Source: Candidatus Omnitrophota bacterium (GTDB lineage: Bacteria; Ratteibacteria; UBA8468; B48-G9; DTJG01). Taken from it: a stretch of 64,000 nt of DNA. The notes beneath the pieces were generated by a model that saw nothing but the letters and a program-made list of their open reading frames with translations, had not been told where the DNA came from and made no database searches. Shown piece after piece: positions 39,581-49,840 of this stretch; position 1 is the stretch's first letter, and each line of letters opens with the position of its first letter. Where the stretch lies: NCBI GenBank assembly GCA_023484085.1, contig JAMDAS010000017.1, positions 1,430 through 65,429 on the forward strand, given 5' to 3'. Made by a program: the position numbers and the translations under genes.

Positions 39581-41911
39581 ATGAATTCACTTTTATGGTA
39601 TGAAAAACCCGCTTCAGTATGGACAGATGCTCTGCCGGTTGGAAATGGCGTTATTGCAGGGATGGTTTTTGGAGGAATAAAACAGGAACGGCTTGCTTTG
39701 AACCATGAATGGTTGTGGCGTGCAAATCATCGTAACAAAGACATAGAAGTAAAAGATCGTTCCCTGGAAGAAATCAGAAAACTTTTTTTTGAAGGCAGGA
39801 CTTTTGAAGCCGGAATATTGGCTAATGAAAAGTTAGGAGGCTCAGGTGGGCTAAGCGGCAAAAAAAACCGGGTTGACCCTTACCAGCCGCTTGGAGACCT
39901 TTTCATGAATTTTTCTCATGGCTCAGTTTCTAATTACAGGCGTCAGCTGGACATGGAGAAAGCCATTGTCTCTGTTTCATATAATGCAGATGGCGGACAG
40001 TTTACAAGAGAAATCATGGCGCATTCTTTCTATAAAGCAATCATTATCCGCATTCGTGCTTCAGAAAGAAAAATAAACACTACAATTTTCCTTTCAAGAA
40101 TTGAGGACAGTGAATGTAAAATAAAATCATGGGCAGAAAAGAACTCTTTAGGTTTTATCGGAGAATTTACTGAAGGGATAACGTTTGCAGTTGAAACAAA
40201 AATATTTCTTAAGGAAGGAAGCTCCATAATTCCTTCTAAGGATAAATCCCGTATAACGATAGAAGATGCACCTGAAGTTGTCCTTGTTCTTTCAGCGTCA
40301 GTTGCTCTGGATGGTCAGGACCCGCTCGTAAACTGCAGAAAACAGATTGATGCGGTGCCGGCTTCTACGTTCAACGCTCTTGTTAAAACACACGTTGAGG
40401 AATACCAGAAGACCTATAACAGAGTACATTTTATGATTGGAAAGCCCCAGGATGACGTTCCAACAGACAGGCGTCTTTCAGATCTTCGCAATGTAAGTGG
40501 GAATGAATCCATTTATGCCCTGTATTTTAACTTTGGCAGATATCTCCTGATTTCAAGCTCCCTGGGTGCAGAACTCCCGGCAAATCTGCAGGGAAAATGG
40601 AATGAGGAACTTAATCCACCATGGGATTGCGACCTTCACCAGGACGTAAATCTCCAGATGAATTACTGGCCCGCGGAAGTCTGTAATCTTTCTGAATGCA
40701 TGGAGCCATTTTTCAGACACGTGGAAAGATTTATTCCTCATGGAAAAATTGCAGCAAAAAAACTCTATGATTGTGAAGGTATATGGCTGCCAATTCAAAT
40801 AGACCCATGGGGTCGTGCAACGCCGGAATCCAGGGGATGGGACGTATGGACCGGAGCAGCAGCCTGGCTCAGCCAGCATTTCTGGTGGCATTATGAATAT
40901 ACCCTGGATAAGACTTTTCTACGTGAAAGATGTTATCCGCTGCTGAAAGAAGTTGCTGCATTTTATGAAACGTATCTTGTTCCGGATAAAGAAGGCTACC
41001 TTGTTCCTGTTCCTTCCCAGTCTCCTGAGAATCAATTTATCGGTGGAACATCCCCTGTTTCACTTTGCATTGGTGCAACAATGGACATGGAACTTATTCA
41101 GGAAGTGCTTACCCATGCCATTTTGGCTACGGAAATTCTTGGAATAGACAGGGAAAAGAAAAAAGAATGGGCAGATATTTTAAAAAAACTTCCGCCGCTG
41201 AAAACCGGCAGGTATGGTCAATTGCAGGAATGGCTTTGTGATTATGATGAAGTTGAACCCGGGCATAGACACATCTCTCATCTTTATGCACTATTTCCAG
41301 GGGAAGCCATTACTCTTGAAAAAACGCCGGAGCTTGCCAGAGCGTCGGAAGTCTCTCTTGAACGCAGACTTGCATATGGAAGCGGATATACAGGTTGGAG
41401 CAGTGCATGGTTTGTTTGTTGTTTTGCACGACTCGGTAAAGGAGAACGTGCTCTCCAGAGTCTGTACAGTCTTTTAACGAAATCCACTACAGACTCGTTT
41501 CTTGATTTGCATCCTCCGCATATCTTTCAGATAGATGGAAATTTCGGAGGAACAGCAGGAATTGCTGAAATGCTTCTACAATCCTATGATGGAATTATCA
41601 GAATTCTGCCTGCGCTTCCTTTTTCATGGAGCGATGGTGAAATTACCGGTCTGTGCAGCCGCGGCGGGTTTGAAATAAGCATTTCATGGAAAAACAGGCT
41701 GCCCAAAAAAATAACCATTCTTTCCAGACTTGGAGGAACCTGCCGATGCAGACTTCCCGCCCCAATGAACGTGGTTGTTACGTATAAAAATAAAATTCTA
41801 CTGAAACCTGATACTGCAGTAGAGAACATTCAATTGGAAACCAAAGCAGGCTGTCGGTACGATGTAAAAACAATGGGTCAGTTGAAAAAGAAGATATATG
41901 ACAAAATGTGA
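39581..41911 (+). CDS. Glycoside hydrolase family 95 (alpha-L-fucosidase-like)
   Basis: N-terminal WTDALPVGNGVIAGMVFGG...LALNHEWLW pattern of GH95. Length 776 aa. Confidence 0.65.
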   Translation: MNSLLWYEKPASVWTDALPVGNGVIAGMVFGGIKQERLALNHEWLWRANHRNKDIEVKDRSLEEIRKLFFEGRTFEAGILANEKLGGSGGLSGKKNRVDPYQPLGDLFMNFSHGSVSNYRRQLDMEKAIVSVSYNADGGQFTREIMAHSFYKAIIIRIRASERKINTTIFLSRIEDSECKIKSWAEKNSLGFIGEFTEGITFAVETKIFLKEGSSIIPSKDKSRITIEDAPEVVLVLSASVALDGQDPLVNCRKQIDAVPASTFNALVKTHVEEYQKTYNRVHFMIGKPQDDVPTDRRLSDLRNVSGNESIYALYFNFGRYLLISSSLGAELPANLQGKWNEELNPPWDCDLHQDVNLQMNYWPAEVCNLSECMEPFFRHVERFIPHGKIAAKKLYDCEGIWLPIQIDPWGRATPESRGWDVWTGAAAWLSQHFWWHYEYTLDKTFLRERCYPLLKEVAAFYETYLVPDKEGYLVPVPSQSPENQFIGGTSPVSLCIGATMDMELIQEVLTHAILATEILGIDREKKKEWADILKKLPPLKTGRYGQLQEWLCDYDEVEPGHRHISHLYALFPGEAITLEKTPELARASEVSLERRLAYGSGYTGWSSAWFVCCFARLGKGERALQSLYSLLTKSTTDSFLDLHPPHIFQIDGNFGGTAGIAEMLLQSYDGIIRILPALPFSWSDGEITGLCSRGGFEISISWKNRLPKKITILSRLGGTCRCRLPAPMNVVVTYKNKILLKPDTAVENIQLETKAGCRYDVKTMGQLKKKIYDKM

Positions 41912-43997
41912 ATTCCGTGGTGTGATGTATGACCTTGCCAGGGGGAATTACGACTCTATTGATTCCCTGAAAAGATTTATCAGGTTTGTTTCAGAATGCG
42001 GACTGAACGTTGTTATTTTTTACATGGAAGACCTGTGGCGGTATAAAACACATCCACAGATTTCAAACCCTAATGCTTACAGCATGGAAGACATGCGAGC
42101 TCTTGCAGAATATGCAGAAGATTATGGTACAACCTTAATTCCATCACTGACCACGTTAGGTCATTCCCATCATATACTGGATAAACCCGGTTACAGACAT
42201 CTTGCATTTCCAGGGGAGCATGGAGATTTTGATGTTTTAAATTCTAAGGTATATAAGTTATTTACTGAACTTTTTAATGAAGTGATGCCTTATTTCACAA
42301 GTCCATACGTTTTTATCAATGGTGATGAGGTTAATTTATCGCATCTCAGTGCAGGGGCGGGAAAGAAAGCAGAACAGGATGGTCTTGGATATCTTTATGG
42401 TATGGGTATGAAGAAAATGGCAGAAATGATTATATCCTGTGGAAAAAGGCCTGTTATGTGGCATGATATGCTTCTCCACCACCCTGAAAGTATGGAGCTT
42501 ATTCCCAAAGAAACGATTATTGCATACTGGTATTATGATTACCAGAGTGCTTTTCCTGCCATATCCTTTTTTTGTTCAAAAGGCTTTGATGTAGTGGCAT
42601 GCCCGGGATTATTAAGACATAATTATAAGCCTGACTATGCGAGGGCCTTACCAAATATAGAAGGGCAGGTCATGGAATGCATAAAACAGATAAAAACAAA
42701 TACAAAAAACAAGAACATACCCGGAAATTGTTTAGGCGTATTACTCACCATATGGGAAAAATTAAAATGGGAAAATTCCATACTTGCAATATATGCCCTG
42801 GGGGAAAAAATAAAAAAACCGGGGTTGTCACATAATGAAATTCTGCATAATTTTGCACAGGATGTTTTTGGTATGAAAAACCCTGAATACGGGCACTTAT
42901 GGGAAAAAATGTCATTGCAGTACGGTAAAATATCCCTGCTTTCAGATACTCTAATAATGAGTCATTCTTCAAAAGAAAAACGTCTTATTGAAAATATCCA
43001 TAGAGCCACAATACAAAAGCTTGATTATTTAGCAGATAAATTATCCGGCGGGAAACCTGTACGTAATATTATGTTATATGCCAAATCAAAAAATCTTATT
43101 AATGAAATGCTAAAATTCAAATCAGTTGTACATCTTAAAAAATCCGGCGTTGAAAATTTTAGTAGGGATAATCCATTCATACCCTCCTTAGTGGACGGAA
43201 CGTCTCAAAAATGCAGGATTATAGAAACAAAAACACCTTATGGCCACAGACTTTTGGTTTTAACCAATGGGCTCATTGCAATTGCCATTCTTCCTGAATT
43301 TGCTGCAACAATGATAGAATGGGTTTTAATAAAAGGCAAGAACTTCTTTTCTTTTTTGACGAATGAATACAGTGAATGGGCAGATAAAGAACGTAGAACA
43401 CCCGGCGATATTGCTCTTGGCTCTCCATGGGGGGCAGTTGATATTGGAGGCTGGAGAGAAACCATATTTTACAATGCCCGCCTGAACCCTTCTTCATTGT
43501 GGGGAAGACCTTTTGATGTTAGTTCCGCCTGCCGGGATGAACAGGAAGCTGTCGTAGTTTGCAGAGGGAAAAACGAGGTTGCAGAAATCAGAAGGATTAT
43601 CTCAATTAAAAAAGGTGAAACCATGATAAAGATTGATATTACCGCCACAAATCTTCTTGGTGAATGCACCCTTGCAATTCAGCCAAACCCTGTTCATGTT
43701 TTTCCCGGGACAAGTCCTGCGATTTTACAATTACTTGAAAAAAAGGATAACATTTATACAAAACGGTCAATAATTGACTATAATGGGACAAAACTTTTTT
43801 CTCCGAATGGAAATTCTGTCCGTATTTCATCACCTTTAAATAAACGTTTTCTTGACCTTTCATTTTCAAAAAAGGAAATTGAATTTATTTTTACAGACGT
43901 TTTCCGGAAAGGTTTCACATTGGAACCATTTGGAAAAATGGTCAAACGTAAAAAGTATGAAACCGTTCATATGATGCTTCAATATGAATTAGGTTAA
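41898..43997 (+). CDS. Glycoside hydrolase, GH20-like (beta-N-acetylhexosaminidase-like catalytic domain)
   Basis: RGVMYDLARGNY and INGDEVN (D-E catalytic pair region) resemble GH20. The rest of the protein is unrecognised. Confidence 0.45.
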   Translation: MTKCEFRGVMYDLARGNYDSIDSLKRFIRFVSECGLNVVIFYMEDLWRYKTHPQISNPNAYSMEDMRALAEYAEDYGTTLIPSLTTLGHSHHILDKPGYRHLAFPGEHGDFDVLNSKVYKLFTELFNEVMPYFTSPYVFINGDEVNLSHLSAGAGKKAEQDGLGYLYGMGMKKMAEMIISCGKRPVMWHDMLLHHPESMELIPKETIIAYWYYDYQSAFPAISFFCSKGFDVVACPGLLRHNYKPDYARALPNIEGQVMECIKQIKTNTKNKNIPGNCLGVLLTIWEKLKWENSILAIYALGEKIKKPGLSHNEILHNFAQDVFGMKNPEYGHLWEKMSLQYGKISLLSDTLIMSHSSKEKRLIENIHRATIQKLDYLADKLSGGKPVRNIMLYAKSKNLINEMLKFKSVVHLKKSGVENFSRDNPFIPSLVDGTSQKCRIIETKTPYGHRLLVLTNGLIAIAILPEFAATMIEWVLIKGKNFFSFLTNEYSEWADKERRTPGDIALGSPWGAVDIGGWRETIFYNARLNPSSLWGRPFDVSSACRDEQEAVVVCRGKNEVAEIRRIISIKKGETMIKIDITATNLLGECTLAIQPNPVHVFPGTSPAILQLLEKKDNIYTKRSIIDYNGTKLFSPNGNSVRISSPLNKRFLDLSFSKKEIEFIFTDVFRKGFTLEPFGKMVKRKKYETVHMMLQYELG

Positions 43998-44060
43998 GTG
44001 GTAGGATAATATGAAGAGTATCTTAGCAGGAGATGTTTTGTTGGACGGGAGAATATTATT

Positions 44061-44283
44061 ATGAAATTTAAATGGGGTATATTAGGAACCGGAGGTATTT
44101 GTAAAACTTTTGCTGAAAGTATAAAAAATTCAGAAACAGGAGAAGTGATAGTGTGTACTATCCCAACCATTTCCAATATTTGCCCTTATTGGTCCATCTA
44201 CAATATCTGAAACAAATGAATCCTTAAGGGCACTTGAAACCCAGTTAACAGATGAAGAAATAAAATATCTTGATTTGAAATAA
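44061..44283 (+). pseudogene. Oxidoreductase gene remnants: Gfo/Idh/MocA-type N-terminus (~31 aa) joined out of frame to an aldo-keto-reductase-like C-terminal tail
   Basis: MKFKWGILGTGGICKTFAESIK... then stop. In the +1 frame it reads ...NESLRALETQLTDEEIKYLDLK*. Confidence 0.4.
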
Positions 44284-44388
44284 TATAAGTGAGGACCACA
44301 TCATAACATGAAATATATCCTGGTATGCAATAATAAGACTTTGCCATCTAAAGTTTTATTAGCCAAAGATATTGCTGCATGATAACTA

Positions 44389-44637
44389 TTAACAAAAGAC
44401 AATCGTTTCTATTCCGAATTTATTCACAATACACGGAATCAATTTTTTCTGAACTTGATTAATATCTTCTTCGTTTACCATATCCATATGGTCCCAAAAT
44501 CTTTGGCTGTTAAAAACCGATTTCGGATACCCCCATAATCTACGCAATATTGTTGAGTCATACCACTTCCCGATTTGCACTTTGCCGGTCGGATCAAGAA
44601 CCCTGCTTATTGCAGCAAGTAATATGTAATGTCCCAC
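44389..44637 (-). other. Short orphan ORF, possibly a transposase fragment
   Basis: 82 aa, no start context. Weak resemblance to IS transposase N-termini. Confidence 0.2.
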
Positions 44638-44843
44638 ATATGTTTTATTAAAATAGAGTAATACAAATACAGATGCGCTTAAAATCTTGCAGAGAAAGGA
44701 TTATAAACGAAAAAAAATAAATTTTTACTTAAAGCGGAAACTCAGACTAAATAATTCTATCAAAAAAAAGTAAAAATTTTTTTGACATTTAAAAGAATAT
44801 ATATTAAAATCTGTATATAAAAAATACACAGAAGGGGGTAAAA

Positions 44844-45176
44844 ATGAAAAAAGAAAGAAGCAGTTTTATTGCACGGCGCAGTAAACTTGTTAAGAAATTA
44901 TCAAGGGATTATGAAATGATTTGTGGGTTATATAGTATCCATAGGCGGTGCGGAAAAGCCGGATGCAAATGTCAGAAGATAAAAAATTACAAACATAATC
45001 CGGTATGGTGTTTTCATTATAAAGAAGGAGGAAAAACCAAAGCTGAATATATACCGGCAAAATACGCAGAGAGGGTAAAGAAACAAGCGCAGCAATACAA
45101 AGATTATAAAACAATTAGTCTGGAAATTTGCAATATTAATAGAGAACTATTAAAGATGGAAATTAAGAAAGGTTAA
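44844..45176 (+). CDS. Hypothetical small basic protein with Cys-rich (CxxxxC-x-C) zinc-ribbon-like motif
   Basis: 110 aa, RRCGKAGCKCQK motif. Good RBS GGGGG before ATG. Confidence 0.4.
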   Translation: MKKERSSFIARRSKLVKKLSRDYEMICGLYSIHRRCGKAGCKCQKIKNYKHNPVWCFHYKEGGKTKAEYIPAKYAERVKKQAQQYKDYKTISLEICNINRELLKMEIKKG

Positions 45177-45466
45177 TAAAAGACAGAGAAAAATGGCAAA
45201 CGTAACAACTGATATTGTAAAGAAAAAAACAAAAAAAGGGAAGAAAAAAGTAGTGGACAAAAAGAATATGGGTTACTGAACTTTTTAATGAGGCAATTCG
45301 AAATATTGCTTTTTATATTGTTTTTAATCTACAATATCATGGGAATATGAAGAAATAAAACATCCGAGTAAAGATTTTACTAATTCAAATATAATAGAAG
45401 AATATGCCAATAAACATCGTAAATGGAATTGTATACATTTTAGTTAAAAAATCAATAAAATAAAAT

Positions 45467-48400
45467 TTGCGAAGTGCAATAATGAATAATCAACAGTTGC
45501 TAAAGCAGATTAATAATCTTTCGTCTGGGTACAGGCCGATTTCGTTTTGGTTTATCAATCATTTTTTACGGTCAGATGAGTTACGTCGGCAAATCCGGGA
45601 AATGGCGGAAAAAGGATTGGGTGGGTTTATATTTCATGGTCGCGATGGTTTACGCTCAAAATATCTTGAGAATGAATGGGAACAGGGTTTACGTTTTGCG
45701 ATTGAAGAGGCAGACCTTCTTGGTTTACATATCTGGCTATATGATGAAAATCATTATCCCAGTGGTATTGCCGGCAGCAAAGTGTTTGAGAAATATCCTA
45801 ACAGGTTTATGAAATCTCTGGCAGCAGATAGAGAACTGATAATTGAACCTGGATGCAATATAAATATTACAATATCTGAAAATATCCGTTATGTATTGTG
45901 CTGTCCTGTTGGAGATAAAGATACCGTTCCATTGCAGGATATTTTACCTCTCACTAAAGAACGAAAATTAAAGTGGACAAACTCCGGTTGCGAACCTGTA
46001 AGAATACTTGTTCTCAGAGAAGACAATTATCATCCTGGTTCCGGCAACCTTTTTGAATATTATCCGGACTATCTTGACCCCGAAGTGTCAAAGGAATTTA
46101 TAAATCTTACTCATGAATGGTATAGTAAAAAATTTAGTTGTTATTACAGTCGGTTAATTAAAGGTATATTTACTGATAATGCCTGCGCTAACTTCGGTCA
46201 TATCCGTAGAGCAATTCCATGGAGCCGCAGATTGGCACAGCGATTTAAAAAAAAGACAGGCTGCGATATCCGCGATGTTCTGCCAGGACTGTTTTATAGA
46301 GTTCGTGGTTATCGGGAAAACCGTCTTTTATTTTGGCGTTTTCTAAACGATGAATTTCTTAATTCATACGTTACCGCCATTCTCAGGCATTGTAATAAAA
46401 GTGGAATTTATAGCACAGGACATTATTGTCTGGAGGATGGATTAAGCGAACATATACGCCAGATAGGTGACTATTTTCAGGTTATGAAAAACCAATCGCT
46501 TAATGCGGTTGATCAGCTTGGACCATCATTGAAAGGTGGCCCCCTATTTGGAAATTTTCACGGAGAAAATGTTACCGCATCTATTAAGAACACGGTTTCT
46601 GCAGCTGCTCTGTATGGTTCACCGCGGGTTATGTGCGAAAGTTTCGGTTTGGCGAGCGGATGGGATTTTGACCTGCAGGAATTACGGCGTCTCAGCGGCT
46701 ATCTGTCTGCTCTGGGCGTAGATCTATTTGTGCCCCATGGATTTTACTATTCTATTGCCGGTAGCCGTAAATATGAATGCATCCCGGATCATTTTCACAA
46801 TCCCATGTGGAAATATTACAGAAAATGGACTGACTGGATTAGCCGTTTGTGTTGGCTAAGTGCCGGTTCTGATTCATTGGCAGAAGTTGCAGTTTTGCAT
46901 CCTACTACCACTCTACAGGCTTACATGGAGCTGGGAGCGCAACATTCCGGAAAATCTGACAGTTCTGACCATGGTGAGGTATGCGAAAAGGTGGACTCCA
47001 TATTTAAAAATGTAGTAGAAACGCTGATAAAAAATCATATCAACTGTGAAATTCTTCCGGAAGAGGCGTTGCAACGTTCCAAGCTTGAAAAAGCGATATT
47101 GAAAGTTCCCACCCAACGCAGTAGACCCTGGCGGATCAAGGTTTTAATTTTACCTTATACCAAAGTACTGGAACAAAAAACCATTGATGTTATTCTTGCC
47201 TTTATCCGTAATGGTGGTAAAGTGTTTTGTGTGGGGCAATCGCCTGAAATTGGTTATGACATTAAATCCCGTAAATTGATTCCTTTGACTGAATATACTT
47301 TGTCTGAACTATCAGCAAAATGTATAGTACTCAGCAGTACCGATTCGCAACAAGATTATAATGATATATTATCTTGCCGAGTAAAAGATGAAGTTATTCA
47401 GCCGTTTATTGTTAAAGAAAACAATGGAAAACTTATTTCCAGAGTATGGGAAAAAGCAGGATGCCGGTTTTATCTGTTGCATAATTGTACCAACAAGATG
47501 ATTAACAATATCTCACTAACTTTTTATGATAAAAATGAACCTGTACTTTTTAATCTTGATAAACCTCAATTTATGAAGACAGACGGTATACGTTATAGCG
47601 ATTGGTTTTATTGTAAGGTTAGTCTGCCTCCTGCCAATACCCTGCTGTGGGTAACAGGCAGTAATATTAAATCTGATTCAGGAATTATCCGTTTATCAAT
47701 AAAACCTATCCATTCAATGGAGATTAAAACCCCCTGGATTTTTTCTACTGCAACCCCAAATTTATTACCGTTGCGCAACGGTAATATCGTATATGAGGAA
47801 GAAAAATATCGTTGTGATTTCAAATTTTTTGTTAAAGGACACATTTCAAATATTATACTGCTTATTGATGTAGAAATGACCAGAGCCGAACTGATATGTA
47901 ACACATACAACTCTAACCTTAGTATTGTTTTGAATGGAAAATCTATTTCCTCTCCCCGACCTGGACGTTTGCTTGATACATGGATATTTGAGACCGATAT
48001 GTCATCAGCAATTAAATCTGGTGAAAACAATCTGCGGATTCAGCACGGGAGCGCTTATTTGGTTCAGGGCCGAATGTGGAATCCATATCTTGCCGGTAAT
48101 TTTTGCATCATTGAAAACACAGGAAAGTTTATCCTTAGCGCCCCATCAGATCATTTATTAACCGGGGACTGTACCAGTCAAGGTTATCCGTTTTACGCTG
48201 GAGAATATTGTTACCTGCAAACATTGCGTCTGCCCGGGGAATGCATGGGACGCACCGTCTGGTTGGACCTCGGAGAGGTATTTAATGCCGCAGAAGTGTT
48301 TGTAAATGGTAAATCGTTAGGCAGACGCATTCTGCCGCCATGGAAATATAAACTGCCTGAATTAACAAAAAAAGGCACATTTAATCTGGAAATTAGAATA

Positions 48401-48478
48401 ATAAATACCCCTCAAAATCTTTATGGTAAAAAACGTGTAAAATCAGGACTCCTGGGACCTGTACGATTTCTCTGGTAA
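45467..48478 (+). CDS. Large putative glycoside hydrolase (family uncertain)
   Basis: 1003 aa. N-terminal RPISFWFINH...GLGGFIFHGR...LYDENHYPSG pattern resembles TIM-barrel glycosidase families. Start may be at MNNQQLL (45482). Confidence 0.4.
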   Translation: MRSAIMNNQQLLKQINNLSSGYRPISFWFINHFLRSDELRRQIREMAEKGLGGFIFHGRDGLRSKYLENEWEQGLRFAIEEADLLGLHIWLYDENHYPSGIAGSKVFEKYPNRFMKSLAADRELIIEPGCNINITISENIRYVLCCPVGDKDTVPLQDILPLTKERKLKWTNSGCEPVRILVLREDNYHPGSGNLFEYYPDYLDPEVSKEFINLTHEWYSKKFSCYYSRLIKGIFTDNACANFGHIRRAIPWSRRLAQRFKKKTGCDIRDVLPGLFYRVRGYRENRLLFWRFLNDEFLNSYVTAILRHCNKSGIYSTGHYCLEDGLSEHIRQIGDYFQVMKNQSLNAVDQLGPSLKGGPLFGNFHGENVTASIKNTVSAAALYGSPRVMCESFGLASGWDFDLQELRRLSGYLSALGVDLFVPHGFYYSIAGSRKYECIPDHFHNPMWKYYRKWTDWISRLCWLSAGSDSLAEVAVLHPTTTLQAYMELGAQHSGKSDSSDHGEVCEKVDSIFKNVVETLIKNHINCEILPEEALQRSKLEKAILKVPTQRSRPWRIKVLILPYTKVLEQKTIDVILAFIRNGGKVFCVGQSPEIGYDIKSRKLIPLTEYTLSELSAKCIVLSSTDSQQDYNDILSCRVKDEVIQPFIVKENNGKLISRVWEKAGCRFYLLHNCTNKMINNISLTFYDKNEPVLFNLDKPQFMKTDGIRYSDWFYCKVSLPPANTLLWVTGSNIKSDSGIIRLSIKPIHSMEIKTPWIFSTATPNLLPLRNGNIVYEEEKYRCDFKFFVKGHISNIILLIDVEMTRAELICNTYNSNLSIVLNGKSISSPRPGRLLDTWIFETDMSSAIKSGENNLRIQHGSAYLVQGRMWNPYLAGNFCIIENTGKFILSAPSDHLLTGDCTSQGYPFYAGEYCYLQTLRLPGECMGRTVWLDLGEVFNAAEVFVNGKSLGRRILPPWKYKLPELTKKGTFNLEIRIINTPQNLYGKKRVKSGLLGPVRFLW

Positions 48479-48807
48479 TCTTTTTAGACAGAAAGGAAAT
48501 TGTCGTAATCAACCAAAGCTAATACCATGTTTTTAGAGGAATAAAAAAAATAATTCAGAATTTTTTTTCATATCAGGAATAGATTATGTAAATATTCAGT
48601 AAAAGGTATTCCAGTAAATAAAAATTTTTTACCGAACACCGAAATTTATAAATTAAATTCCATCTAAATTTTATTACATTCCTTTGCAAACTGTCAAAAA
48701 TTATTAACTACTATTATTCTATCCCCCTATTTTTTGTCAAGTATTTAGCAATCCATTGATACAAGCGGTTTTCAGAGGTTTTGAAAAAACCCGATTATAC
48801 CCAATCT

Positions 48808-49137
48808 TCATAATGACGCGTAAATTGTTTCCCTTTGCATGGTTGGAATAGGGTTGATTTCGTTCTGAATACTGTCACCCAAACGATCTTTTTCTTTTTC
48901 CAGATCATATTTTGATTGCAAGTTAAGCCAAAATCTCTCAGAGAGATTAAAATAATGCGCGAGACGAAGGGCTGTATCCGCACTGATAGACCGAGTTCCT
49001 AAAACAATTTCGTTAATACGTCTTGGCGGCACATGGATATCCTTTGCCAACCTGTATTGGCTAATACCGAGGGGTTTCAAGAATTCTTCAAGCAATATTT
49101 TTCCCGGAGATACTGGTTGTGTTTTTTTTTGTCTCAT
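48808..49137 (-). CDS. higA: HigA antitoxin (XRE-HTH)
   Basis: SPGKILLEEFLKPLGISQYRLAKDI...RLAHYFNLSERFWLNLQSKYDL pattern. Confidence 0.75.
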   Translation of the reverse strand: MRQKKTQPVSPGKILLEEFLKPLGISQYRLAKDIHVPPRRINEIVLGTRSISADTALRLAHYFNLSERFWLNLQSKYDLEKEKDRLGDSIQNEINPIPTMQRETIYASL

Positions 49138-49151
49138 AATAATTTCTCCTT

Positions 49152-49433
49152 TTAGTGATAATCAAGAATTTCAACGTTATAAGCGTTTCCGTTATGCCAC
49201 CTGAAACATATACGCCATTGGTCATTAATGCGAATACTATATTGGTTCGCCACACCATGGTGCAGTTTTTCCAAGCGGTTGCCTGGCGGAACGCGTAAAT
49301 CATCAAGTGTATCCGAGGCGTCCAAAACTAAAAGTTTTCGCAATGCGATTCGTTGTAAATCCGCAGAGAATCGTTTTGTAGCCTGTCGTTGAAAAACCCT
49401 CTCTGTTTCCCTGCAACGAAAACTTTTAATCAT
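49152..49433 (-). CDS. higB: HigB toxin (RelE/ParE family)
   Basis: MIKSFRCRETERVF...LRVPPGNRLEKL...QYSIRINDQWRICFRW...VEILDYH pattern. Confidence 0.75.
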   Translation of the reverse strand: MIKSFRCRETERVFQRQATKRFSADLQRIALRKLLVLDASDTLDDLRVPPGNRLEKLHHGVANQYSIRINDQWRICFRWHNGNAYNVEILDYH

Positions 49434-49645
49434 TTGTCATAATGATAACGCATACCGTTATTATTGTCAAGACCTCAAATTGCCTCAATTAAATCTGTAG
49501 TTGATAGCAACTGTTATTGTCAAGTCAAAAGTTTCAAAGAGATGAGAAGCGGATAATAAATATCCGATGTTTTCTCAAATGGCAGACCCGCAGTTTTAAG
49601 TGCAGTTTTCAGACGACGACAATTATATTTGACACAACGCGAAAT

Positions 49646-49676
49646 ATTTGACAAAATAAAAATATAGTTTTAAAAT
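49646..49676 (+). promoter_or_regulatory. Promoter-like box ATTTGACAAAATAAAAATATAGTTTTAAAAT upstream of hydrogenase module 1
   Basis: TTGACA ... TAAAAT with ~17-nt spacer. Near-identical box at 59959..59988 upstream of module 2. Confidence 0.45.
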
Positions 49677-49840
49677 GTTTTAAATAGATTCAATCATGAC
49701 GTATTTTTTCATCGGAATTTTTTTTGTAATATTTTGTGATTAAATTCACAATATACTACAAATATGATAATTTTAGTAATAATTCATAGACTTAAATGCA
49801 GCACAGGGCTATTTCAAACACACAATAAGGATTGTTTAAG

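Noticed and set aside
45181-45263. 27-aa lysine-rich ORF (MANVTTDIVKKKTKKGKKKVVDKKNMGY) after the Cys-motif ORF
   Set aside because: Too short and low-complexity to support. It may be a translated artefact of an A-rich spacer.
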